A DNA stretch of 41,091 bases from NCBI GenBank assembly GCA_937863115.1, contig CALMEH010000500.1, forward strand, positions 1-41,091, written 5' to 3'. The notes under the pieces are model-generated. The model ran no database searches. It saw only the letters and a list, made by a program, of their open reading frames with translations, and had not been told where the DNA came from. Positions within the stretch are counted from its first letter, which is position 1, and each line of letters starts with the position of its first letter. Source of the DNA: an uncultured Acidobacteriota bacterium (lineage in GTDB: Bacteria; Acidobacteriota; Blastocatellia; Pyrinomonadales; Pyrinomonadaceae). This document shows, in pieces, positions 34,932 through 41,091 of this stretch. The translations under genes and the position numbers were made by a program.

Positions 34932-37868
34932 ATGAAAATGAGAATGAAAAACTTTCGCAAATATCTGATAATTCTGCCGCTTTTTTTGTCGGTTTTGATG
35001 ATTTCACTCAACGTCCGCGCCGCAGGCGAAGTTGATACTAATTTTATTGCATCGGCATTTCTTTGGACGCAAGGAGCGACTTCGCAAACCATTGTCCAGC
35101 CGGATGGGAAAATTATCATCGGCGGTAGTTTTAGAGTTGTTAGAAAGTATGGGAGAAATCTCATTGCACGCTTAAACGCGGACGGAACAATTGATTTAAC
35201 CTTCAATCCGGTCGAATTGCGAAAGAACAGTTTTGGCGATGGATTTATTAGAAGTTTGGCTTTACAAGCGGATGGAAAAATTATCGTTGGTGGCGCATTT
35301 TCCCTCGAAGGTTCGGGCAATCGTGGTTTAATCAGGCTAAATCAAGATGGCTCACTCGATTCAACTTTTTCAGACAGAGCCAATATCAATTCGCTTACTG
35401 AAATTTATGACCTTGTTGTTACGCCTGATGGTAAAATCTTTTATGCAACTTACAATTCGGTCGGACGATTAAATGGCGAGGGACTACTTGAAGGACAAAT
35501 TTCCGACACGCTTAGAAATCTTGCCACCCAGTCAGACGGAAAAATTGTCGCTTACAATTCAAGTAGTTTCAAAATAGTCAGATACAATCAGGATTTTACG
35601 GTTGACAGTTCATTTCAACAACCTGCTATCAGCCAACTCGTCAACGATATTGTGATTCAAGCAGACGGGAAAATTATTATTGCCGGTGCGCTTACGGCGG
35701 TGAACGGTTTTCCGATAAGCCGTATTGCACGTCTTAATATTGACGGGACAACTGACTCAACATTCAACATTGGAACTATCGGAGCGAATAATGCGATTAA
35801 AATTGTCCGAATTCTCGCGGACGGCAAAATTCTTATCGGTGGTGAATTTACTACTTTTAACACTGCAGAGGTAAACTATGTTGCGCTATTAAATCCAACT
35901 AATGGAAGTTTAGACACTTCGTTTAATACGGGAATAAGTGCTTTTCCTGTTAATGATTTAGCAGTTCAGACGGACGGAAAAATTATCGTTGCCGGCTCTT
36001 TAATAATACGGCTTAATCCGAATGGAATTCTTGATAATTCATTTATCTTGCCAACAATCGGTGATCCCGGCTATGTCAGAAAAGTGTTCGTTCAGCCTGA
36101 TAATAAAATCTTGGTCGGCGGATATTTCACGAAAGCAAATGAAAAAACAATCAGACATTTAGCCAGATTTAACGCGGACGGAACGGTTGATAATTCGTTT
36201 AATCAAACTTATCTGCCCGAAAACGGGACGATTTACGCGATTGCCGTGCAAGCAGACGGCAAGGTTGTGGCGGGCGGCGACGGTTTTGCGGGTGGCGTTC
36301 GGTTTAATGCCGACGGTTCTTTTGACAGATTAATTTCAACAGGCGCAATCGTTGAAGACATTAAAATTCAGCCGGACGGCAAAATTCTGATGTCAGGTGC
36401 AGGCTATGTTAAAAGATTTAATGCGGACGGTTCGGCAGATACGTCTTTCACAAATCCGATTACCAACGTAAGAATTTATAAGATAGCACTTCAGCCGGAC
36501 GGCAAAATTCTCATCGGCGGATCTTTTACGCAAATCAATGCAACTCCGCGAAGTGGTGTGGCACGACTCAATGCAGACGGAAGTTTGGACACGACATTTA
36601 ATCCACTCGGTGGAACGAGTGGCGCGGTTCTTGACTTGATTCTGCAATCAAACGGAAAAATCATTATCGGCGGAGATTTTACGGGCGTTAATTTTGATAC
36701 GAACAAGAAATATGTTGCCCGATTGAATGCGGACGGTTCACTCGACACGACTTTTGCGCCTGTTTTGGACACCAGAGTCAGAAGTCTCAAACTTCAGTCA
36801 GACGGAAAAATCTTATTCGGTGGAATTACGAATTTAATCGTAGGCAATCCCGTTCCCGGCAAACTCGGACGATTAAACGCAGACGGAACGCTCGACACGA
36901 CTTTTAACAATACGATGCCGATTGACCAAGTTGTCAACAGCATTGATTTACAGACGGACAACAAAATAATTTTGGGCGGATATTTCAGCCGCGTCAACGG
37001 CGTTGCAAATCTCGGCACGGCGCGTCTGTTAAATTCTGCGCGAGGCGTGTTCGATTTTGACGGCGACAGCAAAACCGATCTTTCCATTTTCCGTCCCGCA
37101 GTCGGCGAATGGTGGTATTTGCGCTCGTCTGACAGTGGAAATTATGCGGCGCAGTTTGGCACATCAAACGACAAGCTAGTTCCGGCTGATTTCACGGGCG
37201 ACGGCAAAACCGATATTGCATTTTGGCGACCTTCGAGCGGCGAATGGTTTATTTTGCGTTCCGAAGACAATAGTTTTTATGCTTTTCCGTTTGGCACAAC
37301 GGGTGATATTTCGATTGTCGGCAATTTTGACACGGATAATCTCAGTGATGTCGGCGTTTTTCGTCCATCGAATACGACTTGGTATATCCAAAAATCTTTG
37401 GGCGGAACCGATATTGTCCAATTCGGCGTAGCGGGCGACGTTCCGGTTACAGGTGATTACGACGGCGACGGCAAAACGGATATTGCAATTTATCGTCCAT
37501 CTGCGGGGCAATGGTGGATTCAGCGAAGCACTGCCGGAGCAATCGCTTACGAATTCGGCACGGCTTCGGACAAACCTGTGCAAGGCGATTACACAGGCGA
37601 CGGCAAGGCTGATGTAGCTTTTTTCCGTCCTTCGAGCAGTGAATGGTTTGTTTTGAGAAGCGAAGATTTTTCGTTCTATGCTTTTCCGTTCGGAACTTCG
37701 ACGGACATTCCCGCGCCGGGGGATTACGACGGCGACGGAAGATTTGACGCAACGGTTTTCCGACCGTCAAATTCGACTTGGTATTCAAACAGAACAACTG
37801 CCGGAATATTGATTCAACAATTCGGCATCGCTGGTGACAAACCCGTTCCGAGTGCGTTTCTTCCTTAA
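34932..37868 (+). CDS. Large secreted repeat protein: about 14 delta-60-type repeats followed by seven FG-GAP/VCBS-like blades
   Basis: Signal peptide MKMRMKNFRKYLIILPLFLSVLMISLNVRA. Repeated (Q/T)xDGKI(I/L)xGGxF....(R)LNxDG(S/T)LDxxF units. C-terminus has seven copies of D(F/Y)(D/T)GDGKTDxAx(F/Y)RPSxGxW(W/F). Confidence 0.85.
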   Translation: MKMRMKNFRKYLIILPLFLSVLMISLNVRAAGEVDTNFIASAFLWTQGATSQTIVQPDGKIIIGGSFRVVRKYGRNLIARLNADGTIDLTFNPVELRKNSFGDGFIRSLALQADGKIIVGGAFSLEGSGNRGLIRLNQDGSLDSTFSDRANINSLTEIYDLVVTPDGKIFYATYNSVGRLNGEGLLEGQISDTLRNLATQSDGKIVAYNSSSFKIVRYNQDFTVDSSFQQPAISQLVNDIVIQADGKIIIAGALTAVNGFPISRIARLNIDGTTDSTFNIGTIGANNAIKIVRILADGKILIGGEFTTFNTAEVNYVALLNPTNGSLDTSFNTGISAFPVNDLAVQTDGKIIVAGSLIIRLNPNGILDNSFILPTIGDPGYVRKVFVQPDNKILVGGYFTKANEKTIRHLARFNADGTVDNSFNQTYLPENGTIYAIAVQADGKVVAGGDGFAGGVRFNADGSFDRLISTGAIVEDIKIQPDGKILMSGAGYVKRFNADGSADTSFTNPITNVRIYKIALQPDGKILIGGSFTQINATPRSGVARLNADGSLDTTFNPLGGTSGAVLDLILQSNGKIIIGGDFTGVNFDTNKKYVARLNADGSLDTTFAPVLDTRVRSLKLQSDGKILFGGITNLIVGNPVPGKLGRLNADGTLDTTFNNTMPIDQVVNSIDLQTDNKIILGGYFSRVNGVANLGTARLLNSARGVFDFDGDSKTDLSIFRPAVGEWWYLRSSDSGNYAAQFGTSNDKLVPADFTGDGKTDIAFWRPSSGEWFILRSEDNSFYAFPFGTTGDISIVGNFDTDNLSDVGVFRPSNTTWYIQKSLGGTDIVQFGVAGDVPVTGDYDGDGKTDIAIYRPSAGQWWIQRSTAGAIAYEFGTASDKPVQGDYTGDGKADVAFFRPSSSEWFVLRSEDFSFYAFPFGTSTDIPAPGDYDGDGRFDATVFRPSNSTWYSNRTTAGILIQQFGIAGDKPVPSAFLP

Positions 37869-37900
37869 AATTACCTTTCTATCTCATTCCTAGACAGACA

Positions 37901-37929
37901 AAAAAGGCGAGAATTATTCTCGCCTTTTC
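37901..37929. terminator. Bidirectional terminator between convergent genes
   Basis: Perfect palindrome aaaaggcgagaat-t-attctcgcctttt, with A-run and T-run on either side. Confidence 0.8.
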
Positions 37930-37950
37930 TTCTGAATTGATTTGTAAATC

Positions 37951-39021
37951 TTACGCAATCGTAACATCTTTTGAAAGATAAACGTCTTGAATCGCATTGA
38001 GCAATTCAACGCCTTCAGCAGTCGGACGTTGGAAGGCTTTGCGACCGGAAATCAAGCCCATTCCGCCGCCGCGTTTGTTGATAACCGCCGTGCGGACAGC
38101 CGCCGCCAAATCGCCTGCGCCTTTCGATTCGCCGCCGGAATTGATTAAACCACAGCGTCCCATATAGCAATTTGCGACTTGATAACGAACCAAATCAATC
38201 GGATTTTCGCTCGTTAATTCCGAATAAACTTTGTCGTGCGTTTTGCCGTAACCTTTGCCGAGTGCGGTGTAGCCGCCGTTGCGCGTCGGAAGTTTTTGTT
38301 TGATGATGTCGGCTTGAATCGTAACGCCGAGATGATTGGATTGCGAAGTCAAATCCGCTGCTTCGTGCATATCGCCATTTTCGGTTTTAAACGCCGAATT
38401 TCGCAAATAGCACCAAAGAATCGTTGCCATTCCGAGTTCGTGCGCGTAGGCAAATGCTTCGGAAACTTCCGTAATTTGGCGTGTTGATTCGTCCGAACCG
38501 AAATAAATCGTCGCGCCGACGGCGACCGCGCCCATATTTCTAGCTTGCTCGATTGAGCCGAACATTACTTGGTCAAATTTATTCGGATGAGTCAAAAGTT
38601 CGTTGTGATTGATTTTCACGATAAACGGAATTTTATGTGCGTATTTTCTGGCAACTGAGCCCAACGCACCAAAGGTCGAAGCCACCGCATTGCAACCGCC
38701 TTCAATGGCGAGTTCGACGATTTTGTCGGGATCAAAAAGAATCGGATTCGGCGCAAAGCTCGCACCTGCCGAATGTTCGATGCCTTGGTCAACAGGCAAA
38801 ATCGAAAGGTAACCCGTTTTTGCTAATCTTCCATTATCAAAAAGCGTCTGAATCGCCCGCAAAACTGCCGGCGAACGGTCTGAATCCTTCCAAACTCGAT
38901 CGACGAAATCGCCGCTTGGAACGTGCAGAAGGTCTTTGGAAATTGTTGTGGAAGTATGTCCTAAAAGTGTTTCGGCATCATCGCCGAGAAGTTCTTGAAT
39001 CTTGCTGTAATCAAAAGCCAT
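37951..39021 (-). CDS. fbaB: Class I fructose-bisphosphate aldolase (DhnA/FbaB type)
   Basis: Colinear along its length with E. coli FbaB as I recall it, e.g. [41 protein letters not shown] and [24 protein letters not shown]. Confidence 0.9.
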   Translation of the reverse strand: MAFDYSKIQELLGDDAETLLGHTSTTISKDLLHVPSGDFVDRVWKDSDRSPAVLRAIQTLFDNGRLAKTGYLSILPVDQGIEHSAGASFAPNPILFDPDKIVELAIEGGCNAVASTFGALGSVARKYAHKIPFIVKINHNELLTHPNKFDQVMFGSIEQARNMGAVAVGATIYFGSDESTRQITEVSEAFAYAHELGMATILWCYLRNSAFKTENGDMHEAADLTSQSNHLGVTIQADIIKQKLPTRNGGYTALGKGYGKTHDKVYSELTSENPIDLVRYQVANCYMGRCGLINSGGESKGAGDLAAAVRTAVINKRGGGMGLISGRKAFQRPTAEGVELLNAIQDVYLSKDVTIA

Positions 39022-39219
39022 TAAAAAATTCTCCGATAAAATAAAGTATAAAAAAGCATTTTCCGCTGATTATAGCACAATTCCGGCACAAAGCGCGAAA
39101 TTCGGATTGCGTTGTTATGGCTTTTCGCTATTACGTTTTCGCTCGACAAACAATTTGTAATATAAATGAAAGCTCGCTTGTGAAAGTCTGTTTCCCTTTT
39201 AGCAATCTTTCTCATTTTT

Positions 39220-39322
39220 AAGTAGTCGAGCAGAATAACTTTATAGAAACGCGATTATTAAATGTTCAGAGTTCAAACTTTAGTTTGAACTCTGAACATT
39301 TAATAATTCTGCTCGACTACTT
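39220..39322 (-). terminator. Compound palindrome (REP-like) immediately after the clpA stop
   Basis: Inner 24-bp perfect stem 39255-39278 / 39283-39306 with a ttta loop. Outer 17-bp stem aagtagtcgagcagaat (39220-39236) / attctgctcgactactt (39306-39322). An 18-nt one-sided bulge separates them. Confidence 0.65.
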
Positions 39323-39325
39323 ACA

Positions 39326-41091
39326 TCAAAAATTTAAAACCAATTCGCCGTCTTTTTCTTCGACAAAAACGCTTCCGCCGTCAACTAATTTGCCGAAAAG
39401 AATTTCGTGCGCCAGAGGTTGTTTGATTTTTTCGTGAATCAGACGCGACATCGGGCGTGCACCGTAGCGTGCGTCGAAGCCGTTTTTGGCAAGCCATTCT
39501 TTGGCGGTTTCGTCGAGTTTTATGAGAACGCGCTTTTCGGCGAGTTGACCGTTTAATTCTTTGATGAATTTATCAACGATGAGCTTGATATTGTCCAAAT
39601 CCAAAGCCTTGAACGGCACCCAAGCGTCTAAACGATTGCGGAATTCGGGCGTGAATGTGCGTTCGATCGCGCCTTTCGCGTTGCCTTTTGTGTCGGAAGA
39701 ATTGCGGAAACCGACACCTCCGCTCGATAATTCTCTCGCGCCGGCGTTGGTTGTCATAATCAAGATCACGTTGCGAAAATCGGCTTTTTTGCCGTTGTTG
39801 TCCGTCAAAGTCGCGCTGTCCATCACTTGTAACAATAAATTAAACAGATTCGGATGCGCTTTTTCGATCTCGTCTAAGACTAAAACGGCGTGCGGCGTTC
39901 GCATAATCGCTTCGGTCAAAAGTCCGCCTTGGTCAAAACCGACGTATCCCGGCGGCGCACCGATAAGGCGCGAAACCGTGTGCGGTTCGGCGTATTCGCT
40001 CATATCGAAGCGCAAAAATTCGATGCCGAGAACTTCTGCAAGCTGTTTGGAAACTTCGGTTTTGCCAACGCCCGTCGGTCCCGAAAACAAAAACGAGCCG
40101 ACAGGTTTTGTCTGATGTCCGAGTCCGGCGCGTGAAATTTGAATCGCGTCAACGATTTTGTCAATCGCATCGTCTTGTCCGAAAATCACGCCTTTCAAAT
40201 CGTCTTTCAGAGTTTTTAATCTGTCTTTTTCGTCCGCGACAACCGTTTTCGGCGGAATCTTCGCCATTCGCGCAATCGCGTTTTCGACCATTTGAACGGA
40301 AATAAATTTCGGGCGTGATTCTTCGGGCAAAAGTTTTGTTGCCGCGCCGACTTCGTCAATGACATCAATCGCTTTGTCGGGCAAAAATCGGTCGTTGATA
40401 TATTTTCCGGCAAGTTCCGCCGCAACTTTTAATGATTCGTCCGAATATTTTACGCCGTGATGCTCTTCGTAAAATCGTTTCAAACCTTTTAAGATTTCGT
40501 AAGTTTCATCAATCGAAGGTTCGAGAATTTCGATTTTTTGAAAGCGTCGTGCCAAGGCTCGGTCGCGTTCAAATGCGGCTTTGTATTCGCTGTAAGTCGT
40601 TGAACCGATACATCTTAAATCACCGTTTGCCAACGCCGGTTTTAAGATATTCGATGCGTCCATCGAACCGCCCGAAACCGCGCCCGCGCCGACAATTGTG
40701 TGAATTTCGTCAATAAACAAAATCGAATTTTCGTGCTTTTTGAGTTCGGTAATGATTGCCTTGAAACGCTGTTCAAAATCGCCACGATAACGAGTTCCGG
40801 CGAGAACCGCGCCCATATCGAGTGCGTAAACTTTCGCGTCTTTCAAAACATCGGGAACATTTCCTTCCGAAATTTTCAACGCCAAACCTTCCGCCAAAGC
40901 CGTTTTGCCAACGCCCGGTTCGCCGACGTAAAGCGGATTGTTTTTCTTGCGCCGACACAAAACTTGAATCGTGCGTTCGATTTCCGCTGTCCGTCCGATT
41001 ATCGGATCAATTTTGCCTTCCAGCGCGAGTTTTACCAATTCTTCGGTAAAGGCTTCGAGCGGTTTTTGACGCTTTCCGCCGTTTGCCCGTT
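39326..41091 (-). CDS. clpA: ATP-dependent Clp protease ATP-binding subunit ClpA (N-terminus lies beyond the window edge)
   Basis: Two AAA+ modules: D1 Walker A GEPGVGKTALAEGLA and D2 Walker A GPTGVGKTEVSKQLA. Sensor/arginine-finger boxes (RGDFE.RFK, RR.Q.I). There is no long ClpB-type middle domain. The frame stays open to position 41091. Confidence 0.9.
   Translation of the reverse strand, partial: RANGGKRQKPLEAFTEELVKLALEGKIDPIIGRTAEIERTIQVLCRRKKNNPLYVGEPGVGKTALAEGLALKISEGNVPDVLKDAKVYALDMGAVLAGTRYRGDFEQRFKAIITELKKHENSILFIDEIHTIVGAGAVSGGSMDASNILKPALANGDLRCIGSTTYSEYKAAFERDRALARRFQKIEILEPSIDETYEILKGLKRFYEEHHGVKYSDESLKVAAELAGKYINDRFLPDKAIDVIDEVGAATKLLPEESRPKFISVQMVENAIARMAKIPPKTVVADEKDRLKTLKDDLKGVIFGQDDAIDKIVDAIQISRAGLGHQTKPVGSFLFSGPTGVGKTEVSKQLAEVLGIEFLRFDMSEYAEPHTVSRLIGAPPGYVGFDQGGLLTEAIMRTPHAVLVLDEIEKAHPNLFNLLLQVMDSATLTDNNGKKADFRNVILIMTTNAGARELSSGGVGFRNSSDTKGNAKGAIERTFTPEFRNRLDAWVPFKALDLDNIKLIVDKFIKELNGQLAEKRVLIKLDETAKEWLAKNGFDARYGARPMSRLIHEKIKQPLAHEILFGKLVDGGSVFVEEKDGELVLNF

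Noticed and set aside
34871-35320. 149-aa minus-strand ORF at the 5' end of the delta-60 repeat gene, plus similar ORFs at 36491-37583
   Set aside because: Antisense translations of the repetitive coding sequence. No RBS, and they overlap the signal-peptide region of the real gene.
39021-39215. 64-aa minus-strand ORF upstream of fbaB
   Set aside because: It lies in the fbaB promoter/leader region, has odd composition and no RBS.

Overview
The window reads as an AT-leaning bacterial chromosomal segment, mostly housekeeping and envelope genes on both strands. Recognised genes include the secA tail, lepB, carA, the membrane pyrophosphatase hppA, class I aldolase fbaB, an Nfu-type Fe-S protein and clpA (truncated at the window edge). 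There are two ECF sigma factors. One is translationally coupled to a 1074-aa Ser/Thr kinase-STAND NTPase-TPR protein. Many predicted secreted proteins are present: a BNR/sortilin-like protein, a VWA protein of the Acidobacteria-type VWFA family, a delta-60 plus FG-GAP repeat protein, fasciclin, and a signal-peptide-bearing truncated haemoglobin. This gene content suggests Acidobacteriota or a similar phylum, with low confidence and no search possible. I saw no rRNA, tRNA, CRISPR array, transposase, integrase or recognisable defence cassette. The following deserve a second look. (1) The ECF-kinase-STAND module, and a divergent three-gene operon of unknown proteins that includes a glycine-zipper-rich protein. 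(2) A roughly 260-bp composite inverted-repeat (MITE-like or structured RNA) element flanked by an 11-nt direct repeat, inside a 570-bp intergenic gap. (3) A triple repeat (two direct copies, one inverted; 29-bp perfect stem) that spans the hppA stop codon, with a smaller analogue at lepB. (4) An S9 peptidase interrupted by a single in-frame TAG lying between a T6 and a G8 homopolymer. (5) A palindromic repeat family shared by two distant terminators. (6) A secreted truncated globin that appears to lack Tyr B10. (7) A GAF-like protein with a long acidic, aromatic-punctuated disordered region. All functional calls rest on by-eye motif recognition. No database search or folding computation was run.
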